Notes under the pieces: generated by a model | Told to the model about the DNA's origin: nothing | Seen by the model: the letters and a program-made list of their open reading frames with translations, nothing else | Databases searched by the model: none | Translations under genes and position numbers: made by a program | IMG/VR virus record: IMGVR_UViG_3300012346_000073 | Location: 1 to 36,415 of that record | DNA from: a virus | Taxonomy: Duplodnaviria; Caudoviricetes | Direction: 5' to 3' (one strand) | Length of the DNA stretch: 36,415 nt | Part shown: positions 9,664 through 17,537 of the stretch, one piece after another | Position numbering within the stretch: the first letter of the stretch is position 1 | Layout of the letters: each line of letters opens with the position of its first letter

Positions 9664-9893
9664 AAGCCCAATTGTCGCAGTGCTTCTTGCAAACCTGCAA
9701 ATCCACCGACGCGCTGGCCCTCAATGAAGATCTGGGGCATCTGTCGGGCTTCTGGAAAACGAATGAGCAATTGGGTCAATTCATAAGGCTTTTCGGCGTC
9801 AAGTTCAACAAATGACAAATTCTTGCTCTTGAGCAACTGCTTTGCGCTGGCGCATCCTGGGCAGTTGGTTTTGGTGTAGATCACGATGTTCAT
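9660..9893 (-). CDS. Glutaredoxin
   Basis: IYTKTNCPGC active site, MPQIFI.G..VGGF; start moved to ATG 9893 (ATGA overlap, GGAG RBS). Confidence 0.92.
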   Translation of the reverse strand: MNIVIYTKTNCPGCASAKQLLKSKNLSFVELDAEKPYELTQLLIRFPEARQMPQIFIEGQRVGGFAGLQEALRQLGL

Positions 9894-10354
9894 GGCGTGT
9901 TCTTCTCCTTGAGTTTGGCTTCGATGGCTCGGGCAAAAGAAAGCCAAAACCCGTTGTTTGGCTCCATGCCCTCAAAGAACGCATTGATTTGCTCATCACT
10001 AAGCCCAACCCATTGCCGCTGTGCTGCCAGTGGCGTAGCCACGTTGGGTGGGACGATGTAGAGGGTAGTCCCCGGCTCAACCAATCGGCTTAACCAAACA
10101 TTCCAGCCTTTCCCCGGCCTGACCACTGTCGCCACAGGTCCCTGCACAGGTGCTTTGATAACCTGATCCTCGTATGCGGCTCCGCACATTGCACAACCGC
10201 CAACTCCACCGTTTTGCACAGGTGCTGCAAGGGCTTGCTTGATAGTGGAGATGACTGCATATTCCTTATCAAGTCTTTCCCATCCTTCATGTTCGGCAAG
10301 ACATATCAGCCTTTCCAACGCCTCCAGCGCCAGCTTCAATGCTTCGTCTTTCAT
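9890..10354 (-). CDS. Hypothetical early protein
   Basis: EALKLALEAL...WVGLSDE...FARAIEAKLKEKN mosaic motifs; ATGA coupling. Confidence 0.75.
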   Translation of the reverse strand: MKDEALKLALEALERLICLAEHEGWERLDKEYAVISTIKQALAAPVQNGGVGGCAMCGAAYEDQVIKAPVQGPVATVVRPGKGWNVWLSRLVEPGTTLYIVPPNVATPLAAQRQWVGLSDEQINAFFEGMEPNNGFWLSFARAIEAKLKEKNTP

Positions 10355-10626
10355 GTGTTCCCCCTTGCTGTTAACCATGCGCCAAACTTTGCAATTTCAG
10401 GATAGTTTTTAAACCAGTCTTTTGTTGCTTGCTCGTTGAGCGATTTAACGCCATGCTCAAGATCAGACTGAACACACATTGACCACTCGTCCTCTATTTC
10501 CTCACGCTCATCAGCACGAACAAGGGCTTCAAAGTGCTTGAGGCTCATGCTTCCAGTGTCAGGAAGTTGGCGACCTGCTTCAATCGGCCATCCAGCTTCA
10601 CGGGCCATGTCTATCGTGTCTCTCAT
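10351..10626 (-). CDS. Hypothetical early protein
   Basis: IDMAREAG...FEALVRADERE motif; ATGA coupling at 10623-10626. Confidence 0.7.
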   Translation of the reverse strand: MRDTIDMAREAGWPIEAGRQLPDTGSMSLKHFEALVRADEREEIEDEWSMCVQSDLEHGVKSLNEQATKDWFKNYPEIAKFGAWLTARGNT

Positions 10627-10775
10627 GCTGACACCTTTGCCATTTCCCAGCCCATTTGGAAATAAATCCATCTGGTTTGCAGTGATGGGTTGATATATCG
10701 GCCCTTGTCTTGCGTAAATTCCGCATGGCCTTTGGTTCGCATAATTGCTTCAAATAATTTTTGAGCTTGTGTCAT
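10623..10775 (-). CDS. 50-aa hypothetical protein (not in ORF track)
   Basis: MTQAQKLFEAIMRTKGH...RWIYFQMGWEMAKVSA; ATGA overlaps at both ends. Confidence 0.7.
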   Translation of the reverse strand: MTQAQKLFEAIMRTKGHAEFTQDKGRYINPSLQTRWIYFQMGWEMAKVSA

Positions 10776-10942
10776 GTTTCACTTTCAAATTTACGGCGAA
10801 TTTCTGCGCAATTGCAATTTCGCCATTGGTTGCAGTTTCGTTTGCAGTTTCGTTTGCAGTCGTTTGGATAATTCATGTGCATAAGGCACATTGCGGCAAT
10901 TCCAGCCCAAAAGCCAACGATAAATGCCGCGAATGTCCACAT
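10772..10942 (-). CDS. 56-aa membrane-anchored Cys-rich protein (not in ORF track)
   Basis: MWTFAAFIVGFWAGIAAMCL...CKRNCKRNCNQWRNCNC; AGGA RBS; stop overlaps the next ATG. Confidence 0.6.
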   Translation of the reverse strand: MWTFAAFIVGFWAGIAAMCLMHMNYPNDCKRNCKRNCNQWRNCNCAEIRRKFESET

Positions 10943-10951
10943 GATTACTTC

Positions 10952-11059
10952 CTAAAAAGGTGCGTCTGGTTGTTTGCTGCGCTTTTGCGCCTCATACTCT
11001 TTGATCTGCTTGCGTGTCCATGGCACTGGCCCTGTGGCTGGAGGAAAAGGCCAAGTCAT
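10952..11059 (-). CDS. 35-aa Pro-rich microprotein (not in ORF track)
   Basis: MTWPFPPATGPVPWTRKQIKEYEAQKRSKQPDAPF; ATGA overlap with the upstream gene. Confidence 0.65.
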   Translation of the reverse strand: MTWPFPPATGPVPWTRKQIKEYEAQKRSKQPDAPF

Positions 11060-11391
11060 GCGCCAATACCTCGTGACTTAATTTGCATTGCGTTTAATGC
11101 GCCCGCTCGAGTTGGTGAAAACTCTTTATAAGTCAGTGGCTCATAAACCCGTCTAGTTTTGATGACTAGCTGCTCAATTCTTCCAAGGCCCTCTTGGGTG
11201 AGTTTGTATTGGCGAATCTGCTTAGGCTGCTTTGGCAAACTTTCAATCAGACCTTGATTTTTCAATTTGACCGTCAATTTTTGCAGTCCAGACATTCCAA
11301 GGATTCGCTCAAGCGCCAGGTAATCTTGCGGCCCATTTAAATGAAGCGCGTTTAAAACGGCCATATCTTTTACTCCGTTCATTCTGCACAC
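11056..11391 (-). CDS. Hypothetical winged-HTH-like protein
   Basis: KLKNQGLIE...YKLTQEG wing-like motif; true start uncertain. Confidence 0.6.
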   Translation of the reverse strand: MCRMNGVKDMAVLNALHLNGPQDYLALERILGMSGLQKLTVKLKNQGLIESLPKQPKQIRQYKLTQEGLGRIEQLVIKTRRVYEPLTYKEFSPTRAGALNAMQIKSRGIGA

Positions 11392-11687
11392 CCAATTGCT
11401 TTGGCGATGACTGCGTTAAGGTATTCCACAAATGCAACTCCAAACTGCTGCTCAAACCCAGCGCCTCGGTTGTCGTATGGCTCAACAGTTGTGCCGCCTT
11501 GTATTGCATTGCGACATTCCTTGAGTGCCTTTAGCAATTCAGGGGCTGCGGCGATTAGGCTGGCGTCTCGCTCGGAACAGACTGCCACCATGTCGATCTG
11601 TCCTTGCGCTCCAATGCACCAGTCATCAGCCATGATGGCGTTTGGATCTCGCTGGGCTTCCCACGGCCCCGGCGTGTGCTTGCTCAT
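11379..11687 (-). CDS. Hypothetical phage protein (HTPGPW...LIAAAPELL family)
   Basis: MSKHTPGPW and DASLIAAAPELLKAL motifs; ATGA coupling. Confidence 0.8.
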   Translation of the reverse strand: MSKHTPGPWEAQRDPNAIMADDWCIGAQGQIDMVAVCSERDASLIAAAPELLKALKECRNAIQGGTTVEPYDNRGAGFEQQFGVAFVEYLNAVIAKAIGCAE

Positions 11688-11968
11688 GATTGCCTCGCTT
11701 TCAGCATGGCATCGGCTTCGATGTAACGAAGCACCGCTCGACAATCAGCCCAAAATTCAGCAAACCCTTTCGGGTCTTCAATGTATGCGGGGCATTCCCT
11801 ACCCACCAGTTGTTTTGCGTGCGACAAGGAAACATCAAAGATTTCCTTTGGCGCTTTGGCTGCAAAGTAGTCGCGCAGGGTCATGCCTTCGTGGTGCCAT
11901 GTGATCGGGCCAGATTGATGCGCGTTCTCAGTTGGGAACGCTGGCCCTCCTGTGTTTGTGTTGCTCAT
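11684..11968 (-). CDS. Hypothetical phage protein (GGPAFP...GMTLRDYFAAKA family)
   Basis: Signature motifs plus ADAMLKAR C-terminus. Confidence 0.82.
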   Translation of the reverse strand: MSNTNTGGPAFPTENAHQSGPITWHHEGMTLRDYFAAKAPKEIFDVSLSHAKQLVGRECPAYIEDPKGFAEFWADCRAVLRYIEADAMLKARQS

Positions 11969-12198
11969 GCTGCACCTCCGGCGCGAGCCTGCGCGAACCC
12001 GCTCATGATCTGGCGCTTGTGGTGCGCAACGCTGAACGCCAATCTTCCTTGCAACTCAAACTTGGCCTCAGCAACCATTTTTCCAATAACGGTAGCGTAC
12101 AAAGTGCCGTTAAATTTGCGATCATCTTCGCAAACAAAGCGCGCTGATGGCTGGTATCTTGTTGCGGCATCTGCTCGGTCAAAATAGGTGTCAATCAT
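11965..12198 (-). CDS. Hypothetical protein
   Basis: ORF in tightly packed early cluster; likely start MIDTYFD. Confidence 0.6.
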   Translation of the reverse strand: MIDTYFDRADAATRYQPSARFVCEDDRKFNGTLYATVIGKMVAEAKFELQGRLAFSVAHHKRQIMSGFAQARAGGAA

Positions 12199-12472
12199 GG
12201 CTTGTCTCGCCTTCAATTTGGTCAATGATTGCGCGGATTGCGGTCACCTTGGGGGCTTTGAGGCCGTAAGCGTTTTCGGCCAATGGCAGCAAGTCCAGCG
12301 CGACTTGGTATAGGTCTTTTGATGCGGCGATCAGGCGAGCGTCGGCTTCGTTTGTTTGCAAAAAATGGCCTGGCGCGTAAGCCACCGGCAGCCCATCAAT
12401 TTCTTGATTGATTTGAATCCAGTTGGATCCGCCGCGATAGTTTGAAACAACCCATTTTCCTGGTGTGAACAT
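12191..12472 (-). CDS. Hypothetical phage protein, paralogue of 11379-11687
   Basis: FTPGKW...EADARLIAASKDL; GAGG RBS. Confidence 0.72.
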   Translation of the reverse strand: MFTPGKWVVSNYRGGSNWIQINQEIDGLPVAYAPGHFLQTNEADARLIAASKDLYQVALDLLPLAENAYGLKAPKVTAIRAIIDQIEGETSHD

Positions 12473-12480
12473 GGTTGGCC

Positions 12481-12615
12481 TCACTTGGACAATTGAACAA
12501 AAAGCAGCGCGGCCAAGCCAACGCCGATTGCGACTGCCAGCAAAACGCCCATTGCGGACTCTGCGCGACTGTTGATTTTTTGAGCCTGACGCTCATAGTG
12601 CCATTGATGTTTCAT
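12481..12615 (-). CDS. 44-aa single-TM protein (not in ORF track)
   Basis: MKHQWHYERQAQKINSRAESAMGVLLAVAIGVGLAALLFVQLSK; first gene after the promoter at 12662-12691. Confidence 0.65.
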   Translation of the reverse strand: MKHQWHYERQAQKINSRAESAMGVLLAVAIGVGLAALLFVQLSK

Positions 12616-12661
12616 GTCTGACTTTCGGTTGTGGCTGCAAGATGTTTGCCGCCTGTTTTGA

Positions 12662-12698
12662 ATTGTAATCTAATAATTTGCGCTTGTGCAAAATTATT
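12662..12698 (-). promoter_or_regulatory. Sigma70-like promoter overlapped by an inverted repeat (candidate operator)
   Basis: TTGCAC-18-TACAAT on minus strand; AATAATTTGC (12672-12681)/GCAAAATTATT (12688-12698). Confidence 0.6.
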
Positions 12699-12870
12699 TT
12701 TGCAGTTCTTGCATGGCCTTCACCAAATCGCTGTCGATACCTTTGAACGCGCCGGACTTGTCTGCGGCAAGCTCTTTGGCGTACTCCCATGCCCATGCCT
12801 TCCATTCTGGCTTTTGGGCGATCCTGACCAGCTTTTCAAGTTGCAGCTTGTAGGCGAGTTGGTAGTCCAT
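12694..12870 (-). CDS. Hypothetical protein
   Basis: MDYQLAYK..., TGATG coupling. Confidence 0.65.
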   Translation of the reverse strand: MDYQLAYKLQLEKLVRIAQKPEWKAWAWEYAKELAADKSGAFKGIDSDLVKAMQELQK

Positions 12871-13121
12871 CAGGCGCTCGCTTTGGCAATGGCTGCGCGG
12901 GCCGTATCTGCCGCCCAACTGTTTGGGTAATAGGCCGCAATGTCATTCAAGGCTTTGAGCAACTCATCGCGCTCGGCCTTGATGGCATTGAAGTGGTTAA
13001 CGCAGTCGATGTTGGCGGCGTGCAGGCGGCGCAATTCCGCTGCCGCTTGATCTAGCCTAGAGTCGCCCCAGCACAGCAATAGCGATTCGGCTAGGCGCAA
13101 GGCCTCAGGTTTGTCGCTCAT
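12870..13121 (-). CDS. Hypothetical phage protein
   Basis: PEALRLAE...AAAELRRLH...ARAAIAKA motifs. Confidence 0.75.
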   Translation of the reverse strand: MSDKPEALRLAESLLLCWGDSRLDQAAAELRRLHAANIDCVNHFNAIKAERDELLKALNDIAAYYPNSWAADTARAAIAKASA

Positions 13122-13357
13122 TTTTCACTCCATTCAACCTGTGGACGATCATTGCTGTACGGCGTGTACTCACCGTCGCCGTTCACGCACAGGTCGTTAA
13201 AGCACTCGGGGTGCATCTTTGACTCAAACCATGCCCCATCATAGTTACCCTTTTGAAAAGTGTAAGTCTCGCCATTTGCTATTCCATCGCCGCAATAAGT
13301 GCAGCGATGCGGCTTGCGAGCCTTTCGATTTTCTGAAAGGCTAAAAAAGTCGCTCAT
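13118..13357 (-). CDS. Small zinc-finger protein
   Basis: RKARKPHRCTYCG..I..GE.Y...HPEC. Confidence 0.75.
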   Translation of the reverse strand: MSDFFSLSENRKARKPHRCTYCGDGIANGETYTFQKGNYDGAWFESKMHPECFNDLCVNGDGEYTPYSNDRPQVEWSEK

Positions 13358-13620
13358 GCCGCACCTCCATCAAAGCCCCATTCTTCGCAATCAAATTCAA
13401 GCAAATCTCCGGCGTGTTCTTCGGCATCAAAAGGCCATGGCTCAACCCTTGCCAATGCCACATCAAGCGCAGGCCTAAATCCTGTCTCGTCGGGGCAATC
13501 GGCATACCACTTGATAATGGCTGCATTGTGTTTTTCCGCCATAAGTTTTGCCATGTTCTCGCTTGGTGCGGCGTGATACTCATCCATGCCACCGATGTAA
13601 ATTGACCAAAGTTTATTCAT
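13354..13620 (-). CDS. Hypothetical protein
   Basis: Coupled ORF (ATGA overlaps). Confidence 0.7.
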   Translation of the reverse strand: MNKLWSIYIGGMDEYHAAPSENMAKLMAEKHNAAIIKWYADCPDETGFRPALDVALARVEPWPFDAEEHAGDLLEFDCEEWGFDGGAA

Positions 13621-13940
13621 GCTTTCCTCCAGACATTCTTAGGTGAGCAATGGCAAGTTGCCGATTCTTGGCGCTTGTAACCAATGCTGCGGATCACGTT
13701 GGCCTTGCTCGCGGCCATAAACACGCCACCCCATGCGCGGGCGTCTGGAGGCTTTGGCATACCGCATGATTCGGCCCAGACCCTGACCTGCTCGGCCATG
13801 AATGTCTTGCCTGGGTTTTGCTTCATGAATAAAAGCATCATCACGCTGGCCTTGTCAAACCAGTCGCCGTGAACGCGCTCGGCGTGATTGACTGCGCGGG
13901 TTATGCCGGTGTCTCGGCGTTGTTCAGCTTTGGTCATCAA
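13617..13940 (-). CDS. Hypothetical phage protein
   Basis: RDTGI.RA...W...F.AEQVR...PPDARAWG...VW pattern. Confidence 0.75.
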   Translation of the reverse strand: MMTKAEQRRDTGITRAVNHAERVHGDWFDKASVMMLLFMKQNPGKTFMAEQVRVWAESCGMPKPPDARAWGGVFMAASKANVIRSIGYKRQESATCHCSPKNVWRKA

Positions 13941-14040
13941 TGTCTCCGGTCAGTTTTAGGGCTTGGGTGATGATGTGCTTGGGGTATTCGCGGCCTTCTC
14001 GCACTTGATCGAGGATTTTCATGGCCTGGTGGTGCGTCAT
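13924..14040 (-). CDS. 38-aa microprotein (not in ORF track)
   Basis: MTHHQAMKILDQVREGREYPKHIITQALKLTGDIDDQS; ATGA overlap, fills the gap. Confidence 0.65.
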   Translation of the reverse strand: MTHHQAMKILDQVREGREYPKHIITQALKLTGDIDDQS

Positions 14041-14375
14041 TTTTTCACCTTCTCGATCAATTCAGCAATGCGTTTTTTGTTAGCGACCATTTGCTCGGTT
14101 GTAAGTTTGTTTTCCAGCATAAGGACAGTTGATTCTGGGGCTTTCCTGCACATAGCGCGGAACTCTAAAACCGTTGGGGGCTTGCCGCTGTCTGGCAGGT
14201 TTTTCAAGGCATAGGCGATGGATTCTGCGTGGTCTTTGAATCCTGAAAGCTCATGCGCCCAATCCGCCTTGACCTCGGAAATGTCCAGCCCCTCCCATCG
14301 GCCTAAAAAGTCACGACCGTAAACCATGGTCAACTTGGTAAAAATTCGCTCAACCCAAGGCATCGGCAGACTCAT
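14037..14375 (-). CDS. Replication protein P-like partner (helicase-loader position)
   Basis: VERIF.KL..VYG..F..RW...W...L...PPTVLEFRAMC; directly after the initiator. Confidence 0.6.
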   Translation of the reverse strand: MSLPMPWVERIFTKLTMVYGRDFLGRWEGLDISEVKADWAHELSGFKDHAESIAYALKNLPDSGKPPTVLEFRAMCRKAPESTVLMLENKLTTEQMVANKKRIAELIEKVKK

Positions 14376-15202
14376 TTTTTCACCTCAATTGCTTTCTGGG
14401 TTTCCATGTCAATGGTGCGGAAAAAGTCGCTGGCGTCCTGGTAGGGTTCAGGCGCCTGTTTCGCAATGCTTGGTACGGCCTCCTGCATCTTGAGCCGCAT
14501 TGATCGCTGGTAAACGGTCTCTGTTTGATTTTTTTTGTCAGCCACCCAGTCAGCTTTGAAGCTCTGCCAGTTTCTCAAGCAGCACTCCTGAATTGCTTTT
14601 TCAATCGGCCACCCAGCCCTACTGGATTCTTTTGCCATCAAAGCCCATGCGGTTTCGGTCAATGGAGCATTTTTCTTTTTCCGAATAATAAGCCAATCAT
14701 TCCACAACTGCTCATCAACAAAATCAGGACGCGTCACAATGGCGCCTTCCTTGCTCCCCTTCCTTTTCCCTTCCTTTTCCCTTCCCTTCCCTTCCCCTTG
14801 TGCAAGCACAAGTGGCGTGCTTGACGCGTCATCAACGCGTGATTCATGCGTGCAAGTTGTTGATTCTTCAGGCGAAGGAATAATTGAGATGCTTTCTCGA
14901 TTGTTAATGACTTGATGCTGAGACCATGTTGGAATGCAACCAAAACAATCGCCTTCAAACTCGTACTTGACGATAAATCCATGCGTGACTAACGCGTCAA
15001 GCACGCGTGAAAAATCAATTTGGTCGTATGGAAGAACATCCAATTTCAAAACTCTTGGCTTCCACTTGAATCTTCCTTCTCTGTCGCACGCCGTAAACAA
15101 TCCAATGTATGCCAAACGCAAAGGCAAAGCCGTCTTTATTTCTGCCTCATAAAGAGCTTCATGCCTGAATAACTCTGGCTTGACCGTCCTAATTCTTGCC
15201 AT
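14372..15202 (-). CDS. Phage replication initiator (O-like/replisome organiser)
   Basis: MARIRTVKPELF..RL.YIGL....DREGR N-terminus, low-complexity linker with iterons, WNDWL..RKKK.APLT..NWQSFKADW C-terminus; start moved to ATG 15202. Confidence 0.85.
   Translation of the reverse strand: MARIRTVKPELFRHEALYEAEIKTALPLRLAYIGLFTACDREGRFKWKPRVLKLDVLPYDQIDFSRVLDALVTHGFIVKYEFEGDCFGCIPTWSQHQVINNRESISIIPSPEESTTCTHESRVDDASSTPLVLAQGEGKGREKEGKRKGSKEGAIVTRPDFVDEQLWNDWLIIRKKKNAPLTETAWALMAKESSRAGWPIEKAIQECCLRNWQSFKADWVADKKNQTETVYQRSMRLKMQEAVPSIAKQAPEPYQDASDFFRTIDMETQKAIEVKK
14728..15008. promoter_or_regulatory. Putative replication origin (iterons within initiator gene)
   Basis: AYGCGT-like cores at 14824, 14835, 14846 and 14981, 14992, 15003 (11-bp spacing), plus 14729; pyrimidine tract 14755-14799. 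Confidence 0.65.
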
Positions 15203-15209
15203 GAAATCC

Positions 15210-15318
15210 CCAAAAAGAAAACCCCTGAACTCCGGTGGTACGAGCACCAAAATTCAGGGGTCAGCCATGACGGCTTAGATGTATCAGCGTCTCGTACACG
15301 CCACACCTAAGCCGTCTG
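15210..15318 (-). ncRNA. Two-hairpin leader/attenuator RNA, copy A (loops GUACGAG / CUCGUAC)
   Basis: 5' hairpin 15269-15316; terminator hairpin 15221-15261 followed by UUUCUUUUU; complementary 7-nt loops; TAAAAT at 15324-15329. Confidence 0.8.
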
Positions 15319-15331
15319 TCGGTATTTTACA

Positions 15332-17527
15332 TCAAGCAAACAATCCCTGCTGTTCTTTTGATGCGTCCGTGATGTTAAGGCAGGCCAGCTCAAAGTATTG
15401 CGGTTTTAGTTCAGTGCCTACAAACTTTCGGCCCATCTTGATGGCCGTGTAGCCTTCAGAGCCAATTCCGGTAAACGGGCTGAAAACAACATCGCCTTTG
15501 TTTGTCCACAGGTGGATGCAGCGCTCAATCACATCAAGTTGAAGCGGGCACATATGCTTCTCGTCGTTCTCGTCACGCGCTGGCATTTTGTTCAGCGTGC
15601 GGCCTTGATCGATGTCATCCCAGATTGGGCTGGCGTACTTTTGCCACAGGTGGACCGGCAAGTCTTCGCCGTGCGTGACGCGCTCCTCAATCTCTCCAGG
15701 CTTGCGCATGGTCACAACATAATCAGGCAGGCCCATGCGGCTCATGGTGCTGTTTTCGCGGATTGTCTTGTGCAGCAGGCCAAGTGCCTTTGTGCGCTGC
15801 ATGGCGACAACTGGGTCTTTCCATATGCAGACCTCTGAGTGGTAAATGAATCCAGCATCTTGGAAGGCGCGGATTAGATCGCCACGGAAATCACGCAGGC
15901 CGATAAAGCCTTGACGCATCTTTGTCGTAGGCAGGTTCATGCAATGGAATGAAACATTGCGGCCAGGCTTCAAGACTCGAAAAAGCTCAGAGATCAGGAA
16001 CTTCAACTGCTCGACAAATTCTTGATCGTTCTTGCAGTTTCCCATGTCGTGATCGCTGTTTGAGTAAACAAACAGATCGGCGAATGGCGGCGAAAAAACA
16101 GAATAGTCTACGCTGTTGTCTGCCATGCGGCGTGACCACTTCACGCAATCGCCAAGGTGGACGGTAAAACCATCGCCGTTAAATGTGTCTTCTCGGTACT
16201 CATCCACGATGTTTTCTTGTCCTGCGAGTTCTTTGTTCATAATGTCTTTCATGTGTTCGATCATGTTTGCGCTCATCTCGTGATGCTGCACTTCTTTGCG
16301 TTTGAGGTTTGCCAGAATCTGTCCTTCGTTTTCTGCGGTAAACATATGCACCTGCACGTTGCGCTTTTGGCCGAATCGGTAGCACCGGCGAACGGCCTGG
16401 TAGAACTTTTCAAATGAGTCGTCAAGGCCGACAAATGCCATGCGTGCGCAATGCTGCCAATTCATGCCAAAGCCGCAAATTTTTGGCTTGGAAATCAGGA
16501 CGCGCAACTCGCCGCTGCTGAATTTCATCATTTGTTCGGCTTTGTATTCGGCTTTGTCGCTGCCTTGCACGTTGACAGAGCCTTCAATCAATTCGGCCAG
16601 CAACTCGGCTTCGTCATTCAAGTGACACCAAATAAGCCATGGCTCTGACGTGTCTGCATTCACCACTTCTGCCAATGCGCGGCATCGTGCTTCAATGCTA
16701 TCGCGCTGGGCCTTTCTGCGCTCAGTCATTGTCATAGCTGGGCGCGAGAACAAATCGCCTTCAATGGCCTCGGTTTGAATGACGTGCTCGACGTATTCAG
16801 GCGCTGGCAAAATGTACTTGCTGCCATCAAAACCCAAGTCGGACGGATTTCGCAGCACCACAGCCCACGATCCCATCCACTCCCAGAACTTGGATGCGCC
16901 CCAGCCCTTGAGTCGCCATGTTCCAGTGTCGCCGGTATCGTTGACAAAATAAGTCGCCAACATTTCGGTGCGAGTCATCACGCCCAAGAACTCGCATTGA
17001 TTGCCAAGCTCCTCAAAATCATTGGGTGATGGCGTGGCCGTGCAACTCAAGCGATAAGGCACGCCCTGGGCCGATGTGATGATGTGCTGGCGCGTTTTGC
17101 CGTCGTGAGCCTTCAGGATGGATGATTCATCCAGCACCAGGCCATGCAACTCGGTAAAGTCGATGGCATCCATGCGCTCGTAGTTTGTGATCCAAACGCC
17201 AGGCGAATCAATAACGCCGGAATGAGGCACGCGCTTGACCTCTATGCCAAACGTGGAGCCTTGCTCAATTGTCTGCTCAGACACAGCAAGCGGGGCCAGC
17301 ACCAGCACCGATCCACCTGTATGGCTTGCCACCTCATCGGCCCATGAAAGCTGCATCAGTGTCTTGCCAAGTCCTGTATCGGCAAAGATGGCTGCGCGGC
17401 CACGACGAACGGCCCAGCTAACAATGGCATGCTGAAAGTCGAACAAATGCTCGTTTAGGTCGCCAGGTTGATGGCCTGTCGCCACTTCTTTTCGGCGCTT
17501 GGCCGCTACAAAATCTTCATATTCCAC
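15332..17527 (-). CDS. SF2 (SNF2-like) helicase fused to a beta-class N4C/N6A DNA methyltransferase
   Basis: DTGLGKT, LDESS, CTATP, QAVRRCYRFGQ; then FSPPF (motif IV) and FSPFTGIGS (motif I); start moved to GTG 17527 after GGAGAG. Confidence 0.9.
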   Translation of the reverse strand: MEYEDFVAAKRRKEVATGHQPGDLNEHLFDFQHAIVSWAVRRGRAAIFADTGLGKTLMQLSWADEVASHTGGSVLVLAPLAVSEQTIEQGSTFGIEVKRVPHSGVIDSPGVWITNYERMDAIDFTELHGLVLDESSILKAHDGKTRQHIITSAQGVPYRLSCTATPSPNDFEELGNQCEFLGVMTRTEMLATYFVNDTGDTGTWRLKGWGASKFWEWMGSWAVVLRNPSDLGFDGSKYILPAPEYVEHVIQTEAIEGDLFSRPAMTMTERRKAQRDSIEARCRALAEVVNADTSEPWLIWCHLNDEAELLAELIEGSVNVQGSDKAEYKAEQMMKFSSGELRVLISKPKICGFGMNWQHCARMAFVGLDDSFEKFYQAVRRCYRFGQKRNVQVHMFTAENEGQILANLKRKEVQHHEMSANMIEHMKDIMNKELAGQENIVDEYREDTFNGDGFTVHLGDCVKWSRRMADNSVDYSVFSPPFADLFVYSNSDHDMGNCKNDQEFVEQLKFLISELFRVLKPGRNVSFHCMNLPTTKMRQGFIGLRDFRGDLIRAFQDAGFIYHSEVCIWKDPVVAMQRTKALGLLHKTIRENSTMSRMGLPDYVVTMRKPGEIEERVTHGEDLPVHLWQKYASPIWDDIDQGRTLNKMPARDENDEKHMCPLQLDVIERCIHLWTNKGDVVFSPFTGIGSEGYTAIKMGRKFVGTELKPQYFELACLNITDASKEQQGLFA

Positions 17528-17537
17528 TTCTGACTCT

